DNA from: an uncultured Candidatus Saccharibacteria bacterium
GTDB taxonomy: Bacteria; Patescibacteriota; Minisyncoccia; Phycocordibacterales; UBA12088
Reading direction: 5' to 3'
DNA: 64,000 bases
Assembly: GCA_964409035.1 (NCBI GenBank)
Contig: CAYPBQ010000001.1
Location: 28,024-92,023 of the forward strand
The notes beneath the pieces were generated by a model. The model worked only from the letters and a program-made list of their open reading frames with translations. It was not told the DNA's origin and made no database searches. The position numbers and the translations under genes are program-made. Shown one piece after another: positions 40,922 to 51,189 of this stretch (its first letter is position 1; each line of letters begins with the position of its first letter).

Positions 40922-41162
40922 TGGTGCGCCGGGAGGTCGGTCACGAGTTACTAAGTAGTTTAATCACTACGTTCAAAACTACTAAGTACTCTCGAACCCG
41001 CTTTTGCTAAGCTCGTATAAACTCGCTAAGCACGCTGGTCGCGCCTCGCCACCTCGCTCTGCTCGGTATGGCTCCGGCGGTTCGAATCCCACGCAAAGCA
41101 CGAAGGTGCTTTGCTTCCACGGCGCTCCTAATCAAAATTCCCTCTGTTGAGGGAATTTTTCA
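40922..41162 (-). repeat. tRNA-anchored structured element, copy B
   Basis: Core 40939-40998; 15-bp exact repeat of tRNA-Tyr 3' end at 40922-40936. Confidence 0.8.
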
Positions 41163-41248
41163 TGGTGCGCCGGGAGGGATTCGAACCCCCGTAGCCCGAA
41201 GGCGCTTGGTTTACAGCCAAGTGCGATTGACCACTCCGCCACCGACGC
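41163..41248 (-). tRNA. tRNA-Tyr(GTA)
   Basis: CTTGG-CT GTA AA-CCAAG; variable arm; CCA encoded. Confidence 0.95.
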
Positions 41249-41281
41249 GTGTAGCCCTGCCAAGAGGCAAAGCTGTGCTAG

Positions 41282-43990
41282 CTACACTACCACCTTTTCT
41301 ACTTTTTTTGAAGTCACTCGTCTTGCCCGTGTGGTACTCTTTTTTACGTCAAAAACAAACTCATTGTCCTTCATATCCACACTCACAGTGCCACCATCCA
41401 TAACACCTCTTGAGATGATAAGTTCAGCAATCGGGTTTAGAATTTTGCTTTGAATCAAACGCTTGAGAGGGCGCGCTCCGTACTGCGGATTATATCCATC
41501 CTTACCCAAATAGCCGTAGACTGCATCACTAATATGAAGCGTGATATCTTTCTGCTTAAGTCGCTTTACCACAATCTCAACCTGTAAGCGTACAATCTCT
41601 TTAATAGCCTCAGGAGAGAGAATATTAAAGATGATAATCTCATCAAGACGATTGATGAACTCTGGTCTAAAGAATTCTCTTAACTCTTCAAGTACCTTGT
41701 CCTTCGCGTGGGTATACTCAGTTGCTTGATCACCCTCATTATTGGTAAATCCAAGGTGACTCATTCTGTCGATATATTGTGAACCAATGTTTGAAGTAAG
41801 GATGATGATTGTGTTTTTGAAGTTAACTACTCGTCCCTTGGCATCAGTAAGTCGTCCATTATCCAACACTTGTAGTAGTAGGTTAAACACTTCAGGATGT
41901 GCTTTTTCTACTTCATCAAATAGAAGTACGCTGTATGGTCTATGACGTACAAGCTCAGTGAGCGCCCCACCTTCCTCATGCCCCACATATCCAGGAGGAG
42001 AACCTACCATTTTTGATATCGCATGCCGCTCCATGTACTCACTCATATCAATACGAAGTAGTGAATCTGGATTATCAAACATAAACTCAGCAAGCGCTTT
42101 TGATAGCTCGGTCTTTCCAACACCAGTAGGTCCCAAGAAGAGGAATGAGCCGATTGGTCGATTAGGGTCAGAGATACCTGCTCGCGAACGCTTTACCGCT
42201 TGAGAAACTTTCACCACAGCTTCCTTTTGACCAATAACAACTGACTCAAGAGTTTCTTCCATTCTAGAGAGCTTCTGTGCTTCCTCCTCGAGCATTCGTG
42301 ATACGGGTACCCCTGTCCACATCGAAACCACTGCCGCAATATCAGCTTCAGTAATTTCTTCTTTCAAAATCCTGCGTGATTTTTGCAGTTTAATGAGTCG
42401 CTTTAGCTTTTGATCAAGCTCCTTTTCAAGGGCAGGTATTTCTCCGTATCTAATTTCTGCGGCTCTAGAGAGATCCGCCATCGCCTCTGCCCTTTCTGCC
42501 TCAAGGCGGAGTGTTTCAAGATTTTTCTTAATGTGCTTAATGTCTGTATGAGCTGCCTTTTCATTGCTCCACTTAAGCTCAAGCTCTGCAGTTTTTTCGC
42601 GAAGGTCAGCAATTGATTTTTCGATTTGTTTTATACGATCCTTTGCCTCCTTAATAAGTTTTGTATCTGGTGTTTCTGTTTCTCTTACATCTTTCTCAAG
42701 TGCCTTACGTTCAATTTCTAAACGCACAATTTTTCTGTGTGCCTCCTCCAGCTCTACCGGCTTATTCTCCAAAGAGATACGCAGCGCGCTTGCAGCCTCA
42801 TCAATAAGGTCTACTGCCTTATCCGGCAAAAACCTATCAGTGATATATCGAGATGAAAGTTCAACTGCCGCTACAATCGCATCGTCGGTTATACGCACAC
42901 CATGATATAGCTCATATTTTTCACGTAGCCCTCTCAATATCGCAACGGCGTCCTCTTGATTAGGCTCGTTAACATGCACTGGCTGAAATCGTCTTGTGAG
43001 CGCTGGATCCTTTTCTATGTGCTTTTGGTATTCCTTTAATGTGGTAGCTCCAATAACCCTAAATTCGCCGCGAGCAAGTGCTGGCTTTAGCATATTAGAT
43101 GCGTCCATTGCCCCTTCTGCTGCGCCGGCTCCAACTATGGTGTGTATTTCATCAACAAACAATATTACCTTACCCTCGGCTTTTTCAACCTCTTTCATAA
43201 TCGCTTTGAGGCGCTCTTCAAACTCACCGCGATACTTAGTTCCTGCAATAAGTAGTCCTAGGTCAAGCAACACAAGCTCTTTGTCTCGGAGTGACTCTGG
43301 TACATCATTATTTGCTATACGCATTGCTAGCCCCTCTACAATAGCGGTCTTTCCTACTCCTGCCTCTCCTATGAGTATAGGGTTATTTTTTGTTCTTCGA
43401 GAAAGAATCTGAATTACCCTAATTATCTCCGCATCTCTTCCTATGACTGGGTCTAGTTTATTTTCTAGCGCAAGCTGAGTGAGCGAGCGGGTATACTTTT
43501 GCAGTGCTCTGTTTTTCTTTTTAGGGGTTACATCGTGTGTGTTGTTGTCTTTCAACTCTTCAAGCACACGCACCACCTGATCTCTCCCAAGAGAGAATCG
43601 CGTGATAACTTCTTTTGCAGGACCAGGGAAATCAAGTATCGCAACAAACAGATGCTCAGTCGAAACATATTGCTCTGAAAAGTCCTGTGCGATTCTTCCC
43701 GCGCTCTCAAGTACCTGCGCTAATTCTGGAGTGATATACAACTGATACGATGGAGAAAGTACCGAGGTTGTTTCTGGAGACTCAAGCACATCAAGTAGTG
43801 CATCTGTAAGGAGCATTGAATCAACCTCCAATTTATCAAGAATAGAAAACACCATACTCTCCTCTTGCAAGACTAGTGCCGTGAGTAGGTGTAGTGGATT
43901 AACATGGTTTTGACCACGCTCAATAGCAAGCTCGTGCGCCTTGTGGACTGCCTCCTTTGCTTTAGCGGTAAAATTGTTGAATGGTGCCAT
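41282..43990 (-). CDS. clpB: Chaperone ClpB
   Basis: Clp N repeats, [16 protein letters not shown], long M-domain (AAEIRYG), [15 protein letters not shown]. Confidence 0.93.
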   Translation of the reverse strand: MAPFNNFTAKAKEAVHKAHELAIERGQNHVNPLHLLTALVLQEESMVFSILDKLEVDSMLLTDALLDVLESPETTSVLSPSYQLYITPELAQVLESAGRIAQDFSEQYVSTEHLFVAILDFPGPAKEVITRFSLGRDQVVRVLEELKDNNTHDVTPKKKNRALQKYTRSLTQLALENKLDPVIGRDAEIIRVIQILSRRTKNNPILIGEAGVGKTAIVEGLAMRIANNDVPESLRDKELVLLDLGLLIAGTKYRGEFEERLKAIMKEVEKAEGKVILFVDEIHTIVGAGAAEGAMDASNMLKPALARGEFRVIGATTLKEYQKHIEKDPALTRRFQPVHVNEPNQEDAVAILRGLREKYELYHGVRITDDAIVAAVELSSRYITDRFLPDKAVDLIDEAASALRISLENKPVELEEAHRKIVRLEIERKALEKDVRETETPDTKLIKEAKDRIKQIEKSIADLREKTAELELKWSNEKAAHTDIKHIKKNLETLRLEAERAEAMADLSRAAEIRYGEIPALEKELDQKLKRLIKLQKSRRILKEEITEADIAAVVSMWTGVPVSRMLEEEAQKLSRMEETLESVVIGQKEAVVKVSQAVKRSRAGISDPNRPIGSFLFLGPTGVGKTELSKALAEFMFDNPDSLLRIDMSEYMERHAISKMVGSPPGYVGHEEGGALTELVRHRPYSVLLFDEVEKAHPEVFNLLLQVLDNGRLTDAKGRVVNFKNTIIILTSNIGSQYIDRMSHLGFTNNEGDQATEYTHAKDKVLEELREFFRPEFINRLDEIIIFNILSPEAIKEIVRLQVEIVVKRLKQKDITLHISDAVYGYLGKDGYNPQYGARPLKRLIQSKILNPIAELIISRGVMDGGTVSVDMKDNEFVFDVKKSTTRARRVTSKKVEKVVV

Positions 43991-44060
43991 ATATGTTGTA
44001 TCTATTATGAATCAAGCGACTCATGAACGCCTTGAGAATATCACCTAGGCGCAAGCAATG

Positions 44061-44969
44061 CTACTGCTGTGGTTTAGCTCCCTGGGCCTCTTTGGTAACT
44101 ACTCCAGAAAGTAGTACTGATATAGTTTCGCTACCTACTGGCACAAAGGTGTCATTTGAACCTATTCCTACAATCTCATTAAAAATGTTAATAAGTGGCG
44201 AACCGTCAAATACTTTTGTTGTGATAGTGGTTTCAATTGAAGTTAGTGTTTTAGGTACATCAGTAGCGGTGGTTGATGTGGCTTTACCTGCGCTGGAAGA
44301 AATTTTTGCTTCTGATTTTATAAGCTCAGCAATTGCGCCAATTGATATTTTTGCCCTGTCTTCACCACTCAATTGTATGACTGTTTGACCCAATTTTAGT
44401 GTACTTTGATTTGCAAAACTAACGACAGGAAGAGCAATCTCTTCACCCTTACCAGGCACTAGCGCCATGAGCCCTATTGCCCCCTTGCCCTCAACTACTA
44501 TATCGGCTTGATACTCTCGATTATCTGCAAGCTTCACAATATAACTTTTACCAGGGATAAGTATGCTATCTGCAGTTGCAATTACACCGTGTTGCTTTAC
44601 CACAATGCCATACCCCTTAAATACATCACCAACAGAGGTGCTTGATGCGGTGGCACTTGATAAACCGCGAGTATATATACGAACAATTTTATCTGTATTT
44701 GCTGCAATTGCTTCTGCGACCTTATCATCCTCCTTTACCACAACTGTTGTCACTGATTCTTGGGCTGATGCAGTTTGTGTTTCTTCCCTCTCCATAGGGA
44801 TTACCCTCTCTACCGTTCTTTCTACAACTCTGTTTATGGTGCGAGTCATTGAGGAAGGGGCTTGATCAAGGAGTGATACTGTCACAATACCCGTAGCAAT
44901 ACTCGTGACAAAGCTAATGAGTAGGGTTAAGAGGATGATTTGTGATTTTGTAAGTCGCTCAATATCCAT
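44061..44969 (-). CDS. Membrane-anchored trypsin/HtrA-like domain protein, likely catalytically inactive
   Basis: GYGIVV..GVIATADS, LKLGQTVI, DGSPLINIFNEIVGI. Confidence 0.7.
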   Translation of the reverse strand: MDIERLTKSQIILLTLLISFVTSIATGIVTVSLLDQAPSSMTRTINRVVERTVERVIPMEREETQTASAQESVTTVVVKEDDKVAEAIAANTDKIVRIYTRGLSSATASSTSVGDVFKGYGIVVKQHGVIATADSILIPGKSYIVKLADNREYQADIVVEGKGAIGLMALVPGKGEEIALPVVSFANQSTLKLGQTVIQLSGEDRAKISIGAIAELIKSEAKISSSAGKATSTTATDVPKTLTSIETTITTKVFDGSPLINIFNEIVGIGSNDTFVPVGSETISVLLSGVVTKEAQGAKPQQ

Positions 44970-45091
44970 TAGTGGTATCATACCGTTTAATCACCTCACT
45001 ACGCAACACAAATGTAAGCAAATACAAAATTATTACCTTAGTTACCTAGCGCTGTGACACAAATATAATCACGTTTTTTGCCACTTGTCAA

Positions 45092-46291
45092 TTATTGGTG
45101 GCCAGCTGAGGCAACAATCTCGCCTATTGCGCTAATGGTATATTCTATATCAGCCATAGTAGTGCCATCTCCAAATGAAAAGCGTATTGCTGAAAGCGCT
45201 TCATCATCCCCACCTGTTATTGCTCTAATTACGTAGGAGCCTCCTTTTTGTTTTCCTAGGCACGCACTCCTAGTTGACGCATCAATACCTCGCTTTGATA
45301 GTGCATACATCATGTACTCACCCTCTATCCCAACAAACGATATGTTGACGTTACCACTTACCCTACATTCTCTATCGCCGTTAAGAACAGCTTTTGGATA
45401 GACTGCTAGCACGCCATCAATGAGTCTATTTTTTAGTGGGATAAAATGCTCATTGCGTTCCACTCTCTTTGCTTCAGCAAGCATGAGTGATTTTGCAAGG
45501 CCAATAATAAGCGGAGTGACTGGTGTACCAGGGCGAAGTCCCCTCTCTTGTGTACCGCCATACATTATGGGAGCAATTACCACTCCATTGCGTATATATA
45601 AAAACCCTACCCCTTTAGGTCCATACATTTTTTGCGCATCAATAGTCATCATATCCACACCAAGGCTCTCTACGTCACACGATATAAATACTGGAGCTTG
45701 GCTTGCATCAGTATGCAAAAGTGGCGTATGAATAAGCTCCTTACGACTTTTTATACTTGAAGCAATTTCCTTGAGAGGTTGTATCGTTCCTACCTCACTA
45801 TTAACTAACATTATTGATACTAGTACGGTATTTTCTTGAACTAGGTCAGCAACTATTTTAGGGTCAACAACTCCGCTCTTACCTACCGGTATTTCTGTTA
45901 TTGCTACGCCCTTTTTTGCTAACGCCTCCATGGTGTCTCTTACCGAGGAATGCTCTACGCTAAGCAACATCATATGCATTGAAGAAGGACTTCTTCCTTC
46001 TGCTACCAAGCGCTCAAATAATCCTAATATTGCAAGATTATTTCCTTCAGTACCGCCTGAGGTAAATACAATCTCAGCTGGAGTAGCGCCTATACACGCC
46101 GCCACCTCAGACCTCGCATTTTCGATAGCCTGTTTTGCAAGCTCTCCATCCGCATGGAGCGCCCCAGCATTTGCATAGATTGAAAGCATGTATGGCTCCA
46201 TCGCATCGTATACCGATCTATTTAGTGGTGTCGCCGCAGCAAAATCTAGGTATATTCTTTTTTGTTCATTATGATTCATTTCTTCTGTCAT
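45092..46291 (-). CDS. iscS: Cysteine desulfurase (IscS/NifS type)
   Basis: YLDFAAATP, FTSGGTEGNN, VEHSSV, QKMYGPKG, STRSAC. Confidence 0.9.
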   Translation of the reverse strand: MTEEMNHNEQKRIYLDFAAATPLNRSVYDAMEPYMLSIYANAGALHADGELAKQAIENARSEVAACIGATPAEIVFTSGGTEGNNLAILGLFERLVAEGRSPSSMHMMLLSVEHSSVRDTMEALAKKGVAITEIPVGKSGVVDPKIVADLVQENTVLVSIMLVNSEVGTIQPLKEIASSIKSRKELIHTPLLHTDASQAPVFISCDVESLGVDMMTIDAQKMYGPKGVGFLYIRNGVVIAPIMYGGTQERGLRPGTPVTPLIIGLAKSLMLAEAKRVERNEHFIPLKNRLIDGVLAVYPKAVLNGDRECRVSGNVNISFVGIEGEYMMYALSKRGIDASTRSACLGKQKGGSYVIRAITGGDDEALSAIRFSFGDGTTMADIEYTISAIGEIVASAGHQ

Positions 46292-46353
46292 TGTGCGATT
46301 GTATCGTGAGTTGGTCATTTTTGCCAAGATGAATGTGCTATAGTAATGACTGT

Positions 46354-46848
46354 ATGGAACGTATTATTTCTATTCCGTTTTTTGTTGAGAGCGTGGCGAT
46401 TTTACTTGCGGTATTGTGCTTTGTCCTTGTGATATGGGTGATACGCATTGAAATACGTCTCAGAAAATTACTCACTGGTAATAACGGCAAAAGCCTTGAG
46501 GGTGTAATTGGATCATTAGTAATACACAAAGATGAGGTTTCTAAATTTAAGGATGAGCTAGAAACATACCTAGAATCTGTAGAAACACGACTAAAGCGCA
46601 GCGTCCAAGCAGTAGAGACGCTTCGATTTAACCCATTTAAAGGTGATGGAAGCGGGGGCAACCTTAGCTTCTCTACAGCACTAATAAATGAGGAGGGTGA
46701 TGGTGTTGTATTTTCTAGCCTTTATGCAAGGGATAGAGTAAGCATGTTTGCAAAACCGGTAAAGTCACACGTGCCTGAATTTGAACTTACCGAAGAAGAG
46801 CGCATTGTACTTGATAAAGCGAAAGCAGTCCTTGCGCGAATGGGATAA
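46354..46848 (+). CDS. DUF4446 family protein
   Basis: TM + RFNPF..GGNLSFS..GVVFSSLYAR..ELTEEE. Confidence 0.85.
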   Translation: MERIISIPFFVESVAILLAVLCFVLVIWVIRIEIRLRKLLTGNNGKSLEGVIGSLVIHKDEVSKFKDELETYLESVETRLKRSVQAVETLRFNPFKGDGSGGNLSFSTALINEEGDGVVFSSLYARDRVSMFAKPVKSHVPEFELTEEERIVLDKAKAVLARMG

Positions 46849-46871
46849 AAGTAGTACCACGTATAGGCATT

Positions 46872-48374
46872 ATGGATAATCTCACTCCCCCACAAAAAGT
46901 GGTACGACAACCGGTCATAGCCGTAATGGGGCATATTGACCATGGAAAATCGACACTTCTTGACTATATCCGCAAAACCCACGTGGTAGATAGTGAGGCG
47001 GGTGGCATTACCCAGCACCTTAGTGCCTATGAAGTTACGCACACCGATAGTACCGGTACACCGCGCCACATGACCTTTCTTGACACTCCAGGACATGAGG
47101 CGTTTCAGAGTATGCGAGCAAGGGGCGCTACCGTAGCAGATATTGTTATATTGGTGGTATCCGCTGAAGACGGTGTGAAGGCACAAACCAAAGAAGCCCT
47201 AAAGGCAATACAACAAGCAAAGATTCCGTATATTGTCGCAATAACCAAAATCGACAAGACAAATGCGGATATTGAACGCGTGAAGATGAACCTTATTGAG
47301 AACGAAATATATATTGAGGGCTTTGGTGGAGATACCCCCTATGTAGCGGTATCCGCAAAAACAGGTAAAGGCATAAGCGAGCTACTCGATATGATGCTCC
47401 TTGTTGCTGATTTAGCTGAACTTACTTTTGATCCACAAAAAAAGGCAGAAGGCATCGTGATAGAGGCACATCGCGATCCGAAGCGCGGTATTGCTGCTAC
47501 CCTACTTATCAAAGAGGGTACGCTTAGACCTGGAGAGTTTGTGGTGTCTGGATCAGTTATAGCCCCACTACGTATAGTTGAAGATTTTGCTGGCAACAAG
47601 CGAAATGAGGCGTCGGCAGGTTCTCCTATTTCTGTAATTGGATTTACTGATGTTCCTGAGGTAGGAGCTACATTTATTGCGGTAGCATCGAAAAAGGAAG
47701 CTGAGGACCTCGCTAGAGAGGCGGTACACATTTTACCTAATGACAGCGCTGACACTGGAGACGATCGAATGGTACTCCCTATTATTATAAAAGCGGACGC
47801 ACTTGGTTCTATTGATGCTATTAAGCACGAAATAGCAAAAATTGATCAAAGTAGAGTGTGCCTTAGAACGGTATACGCTAGTGTCGGTGACATAAATGAA
47901 AGCGACGTACAACGAGCAGTTGCCGATGCGGGTAATGCGCTTGTGGTTGGATTTGGTGTTGGCATGGATGCAGCAGCTCGTGAGGTCGCACGCCGAGATG
48001 GGATTACCACCCACACATTTACCATCATATACGAGCTCGCAGAATGGATTGCAAAAGAAGCAAAAGAGCGAACGCCATCACGATCGACCAGTGTCGAAGT
48101 TTCCTACTCAAAAATACTTAAAGTGTTTAGTTCAGTACGAAATACCTATGTACTCGGCGCCCGCGTTGAGCGCGGATTGCTGACTAAAAAGTCTACTGTT
48201 CACCTCATGCGAAATGATGAAGAAGTTGGAAGAGGAACCATTGAGGGTCTGCAAGCACAGAAGCAAGCAACAACCAGCGTGAATCAGGGTCAAGAATGCG
48301 GTGTTCAAGTTACCCTCAGCATTGCCCCACAACCAGGCGACTACATGGCTTCATTTGAGACGCAAGAGGACTAA
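46872..48374 (+). CDS. infB: Translation initiation factor IF-2 (short form, no long N-domain)
   Basis: VMGHIDHGKSTLLD, EAGGITQH, DTPGHEAF, KADALGS. Confidence 0.96.
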   Translation: MDNLTPPQKVVRQPVIAVMGHIDHGKSTLLDYIRKTHVVDSEAGGITQHLSAYEVTHTDSTGTPRHMTFLDTPGHEAFQSMRARGATVADIVILVVSAEDGVKAQTKEALKAIQQAKIPYIVAITKIDKTNADIERVKMNLIENEIYIEGFGGDTPYVAVSAKTGKGISELLDMMLLVADLAELTFDPQKKAEGIVIEAHRDPKRGIAATLLIKEGTLRPGEFVVSGSVIAPLRIVEDFAGNKRNEASAGSPISVIGFTDVPEVGATFIAVASKKEAEDLAREAVHILPNDSADTGDDRMVLPIIIKADALGSIDAIKHEIAKIDQSRVCLRTVYASVGDINESDVQRAVADAGNALVVGFGVGMDAAAREVARRDGITTHTFTIIYELAEWIAKEAKERTPSRSTSVEVSYSKILKVFSSVRNTYVLGARVERGLLTKKSTVHLMRNDEEVGRGTIEGLQAQKQATTSVNQGQECGVQVTLSIAPQPGDYMASFETQED

Positions 48375-48383
48375 TATCTTTAT

Positions 48384-48707
48384 ATGTCACTAAGAAATGA
48401 AAAAATCACCAGAGAGGTGCAGGAAATAGTAGCAAAGTTTATTAATGAAGAGGCTAGCAAGCAATCGCTCATTACTGTTACCAATCTCACTATTTCAAAC
48501 GATAGCAAACAAGCAACAGTGTATGTCACTGTCTTTCCAAGAGAAAAGGAAGAGCAAGCAATTGGCTTTCTAAGAAGAAAGCTACCCGAGCTACGGGAGC
48601 ATGTGAAAAAGGTACAACCAATGAAGCAAATACCCTTTTTTGCTATTGAAATTGATTCTGGTGAAAAGCACAGACAGGATATTGATGCATTACTACGCGA
48701 CGCATGA
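48384..48707 (+). CDS. rbfA: Ribosome-binding factor A
   Basis: Follows infB; LITVT..ATVYVT..IPFFAIEID. Confidence 0.85.
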   Translation: MSLRNEKITREVQEIVAKFINEEASKQSLITVTNLTISNDSKQATVYVTVFPREKEEQAIGFLRRKLPELREHVKKVQPMKQIPFFAIEIDSGEKHRQDIDALLRDA

Positions 48708-48744
48708 GTGTGGTATCATGCCCGAGTAGCAAATAAGGTACACC

Positions 48745-48816
48745 GGCCTGGTGGCGAAGTGGAAACGCTGGGGACTGCAAATCCTCCACGCGCGGGTTCG
48801 ATTCCCGCCCAGGCCT
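48745..48816 (+). tRNA. tRNA-Cys(GCA)
   Basis: GGGGA-CT GCA AA-TCCTC; GGTTCGATTCC. Confidence 0.94.
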
Positions 48817-49057
48817 CTAGAAACACAAACGTGTTTCGCTGAGGCATGGGAGTAGGCAAAGAGTTTTGCCTACGTCGGGAATCGAAAGCCGGAGCCTTAT
48901 CGAGCAAAGCGAGATGGCGAGGCGGGGTCGAGAGTGCTTAGTGGTTTAGAACGAAGTGAATAAAACACTTAGCAACTTGTGACCATTCCCAGAGAGGCCT
49001 CTAGAAACACAATCGTGTTTCGCTGAGGCATGGGAGTAGGCAAAGAGTTTTGCCTAC
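48811..49057 (+). repeat. tRNA-anchored structured element, copy C, with 63-bp direct repeat
   Basis: 48811-48873 vs 48995-49057 (1 mismatch); core 48927-48984. Confidence 0.85.
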
Positions 49058-49082
49058 AATACGTTATAATCAGCATGTAGAT

Positions 49083-49166
49083 GCCGGGGTGATGAAATGG
49101 TAGACATAGGAGACTTAAAATTTCTGGGGCATTGCGCCCGTGCGGGTTCGAGTCCCGCCCCCGGCA
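49083..49166 (+). tRNA. tRNA-Leu(TAA)
   Basis: GGAGA-CT TAA AA-TTTCT; variable arm. Confidence 0.93.
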
Positions 49167-49168
49167 CA

Positions 49169-50794
49169 CTAAATATTGCCAAACAGTCGAGACAGTAGGT
49201 CTTTCGTACTACACAAAACACTTTTTGCGCCTGTTAACTCTTCGGTCTTTGCACAATAAGAAAAAGTTTTTTGCAGCATATTCCCGGTGTAGTACTCAAC
49301 CGGTGCATAGTTATCGGTAAAAATTATATCATCAGAGAAATCTATTTTTTCAGTTGAAATTTCTTTTTCATGTAGTTCTTGCATTATCACACTTTCATGT
49401 GTGGTTATTTTTTTGCTAAGAAAATCAGGAGTGACGTCACCATTCACTCCCACAAACATTATATTTTGCGGCTCATTGCTCTTAGTTGATACCACCGCAA
49501 AAAAGTAGCTGTTTGGAAATACCTCCTTAAAGGTTTTCATTTCTGACTCAATAAATGAGGGATTCTTCGTTGAAAGGTTTCCGATAAAATTTCCGATAAA
49601 TAATCCATTAGGTGAGAGTTTTTCTTTTGCAAGGATGAAAAACTCCTTAGTAGTAAAGTGTGTTGGAATTGAAAAAAATGTGTAATACACATCACTAAAA
49701 ATAATGTCATATGGTAGAGTCGAATCATTCAAAAATCGACGCCCATCCATGACATGATTGTGAAGTCGTTCTGACTCTTCTAAAAAAAAGTATTCCTTTG
49801 CTCTTTCGTATAACCCAGGCTCAATCTCAACCACATCCACCTCAACATCAGGTAGTTCTGCAATAAGCGCTTTTGGTATTGAATATGCTCCTCCACCAAT
49901 TGAGAGTACACGCTTGGGAGCTAGTTCAAATACATCATACAGCTTGTAGTATCTCGTATAATCAAAAACCAGATCCGTAGGATCTGTTGTATCAAGGTGG
50001 GTTGCTGCAGACGTGGTAAGGTCCTGTGCTAAAAATCGTGTTGGCCGACCCATAAATTCACCATCATATATGGTAATTCTTTCATATAGACCATCATTTT
50101 TGTATACCGCCTCAACTTCAGTGGCCTGAGTAATGTACACAGATGTCCCAACAAAAAAGACAAACAATATGATAGCGATATCAATATTCTTTTTGTATCC
50201 TAGTACCACAAGTGGAACTAAGCCTAACGCAAACAATACCGCACTTACCCCTATCATTATTTCATGTACACCCACTAGCGGAATCAGCACAAAGCCAGCA
50301 AGCAAACTTCCAGAAATACTTCCAAGTGTAGACCAAAAGAATATCACCCCTGACACACTACCAATTCCCTCCCCTTTTAAAAGGTGACTCTGGAGTGTTA
50401 CCGCATAGGGAGAGAGCATACCCATAATAAATGCGGGGAAGAAAAACAAAAGAATAGAAGAAAGTAGTGGGCCAATAGAGATAGACAGGATAGTCCCCAA
50501 TACTGGTAAAAATACCACACCAATAAAATGGAATAGTATGAGCGAAAGTCCGCTCAGTAGAATTAGCCCATAAAAATAAATAAGTGATGGGTGTCTATCA
50601 GCAAGCTTTCCACCCACATAATATCCAACACTTAACGCCGCAAGGATAACGCTGATAATACTTGAAACACTATATATGGTATTTCCGTAAAATGGCGATA
50701 GTATCCTTGTGGCAACAATCTCAACAACAAGCACGCATGCTCCCGTGATAAAGACAACTATTGGTAATGCATTTCTTTTGATAAAAGATCCCAT
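49169..50794 (-). CDS. Fused MFS-like membrane domain/spermidine synthase-like methyltransferase
   Basis: EIVATRILSPFYG..GGKLADR; IGGGAYS, VEIEP, DGRRFL, TDNYAPVE. Confidence 0.88.
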   Translation of the reverse strand: MGSFIKRNALPIVVFITGACVLVVEIVATRILSPFYGNTIYSVSSIISVILAALSVGYYVGGKLADRHPSLIYFYGLILLSGLSLILFHFIGVVFLPVLGTILSISIGPLLSSILLFFFPAFIMGMLSPYAVTLQSHLLKGEGIGSVSGVIFFWSTLGSISGSLLAGFVLIPLVGVHEIMIGVSAVLFALGLVPLVVLGYKKNIDIAIILFVFFVGTSVYITQATEVEAVYKNDGLYERITIYDGEFMGRPTRFLAQDLTTSAATHLDTTDPTDLVFDYTRYYKLYDVFELAPKRVLSIGGGAYSIPKALIAELPDVEVDVVEIEPGLYERAKEYFFLEESERLHNHVMDGRRFLNDSTLPYDIIFSDVYYTFFSIPTHFTTKEFFILAKEKLSPNGLFIGNFIGNLSTKNPSFIESEMKTFKEVFPNSYFFAVVSTKSNEPQNIMFVGVNGDVTPDFLSKKITTHESVIMQELHEKEISTEKIDFSDDIIFTDNYAPVEYYTGNMLQKTFSYCAKTEELTGAKSVLCSTKDLLSRLFGNI

Positions 50795-50908
50795 GTGTCT
50801 CAAAGGTTATTATTGTCTTTTATACTACCACATGTCACAGACTCCATAATTAACTCATTATTTTTAGCACTTTTACGCACCGAATACTCATGATATAGTG
50901 CAAGCCAT

Positions 50909-50989
50909 GCCGAGGTGGCGAAATGGTAGACGCACTTGCCTTAGGAGCAAGCGGGGCAACCCATGGAGGTTCAAGTCCTCTCCTCGGCA
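50909..50989 (+). tRNA. tRNA-Leu(TAG)
   Basis: CTTGC-CT TAG GA-GCAAG. Confidence 0.95.
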
Positions 50990-51033
50990 CAATGAACAAA
51001 GGAGTCAAAGCGAGTCAGTCCTCTCCGGGGCAC
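50990..51033 (+). repeat. Internally deleted remnant of tRNA-anchored element
   Basis: ATGAACAAAGGAGTCA identical to sequence after tRNA-Leu(CAA), then AGTCCTCTCCGGGGCAC copy of the tRNA 3' end. Confidence 0.6.
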
Positions 51034-51189
51034 AACTCGACTCATTTGTTTGCTAATGACAAGAGAAGATACTTTAAGAAGTATTGTTTCTCATTTTTTT
51101 GAATTATAGATAGCATTTCTTGACGTTTCTATATTTCATTGTATTATATTTTTGGCGTTTTTTGTCATGACACCCTGAGGGAGGTTGCA

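Noticed and set aside
41076-41092. Plus-strand GGTTCGAATCCC as an extra tRNA
   Set aside because: No cloverleaf; it is the antisense T-arm copy belonging to the tRNA-Tyr element
48811-49057. CRISPR array
   Set aside because: Only two 63-bp repeats, derived from the tRNA end; no cas genes
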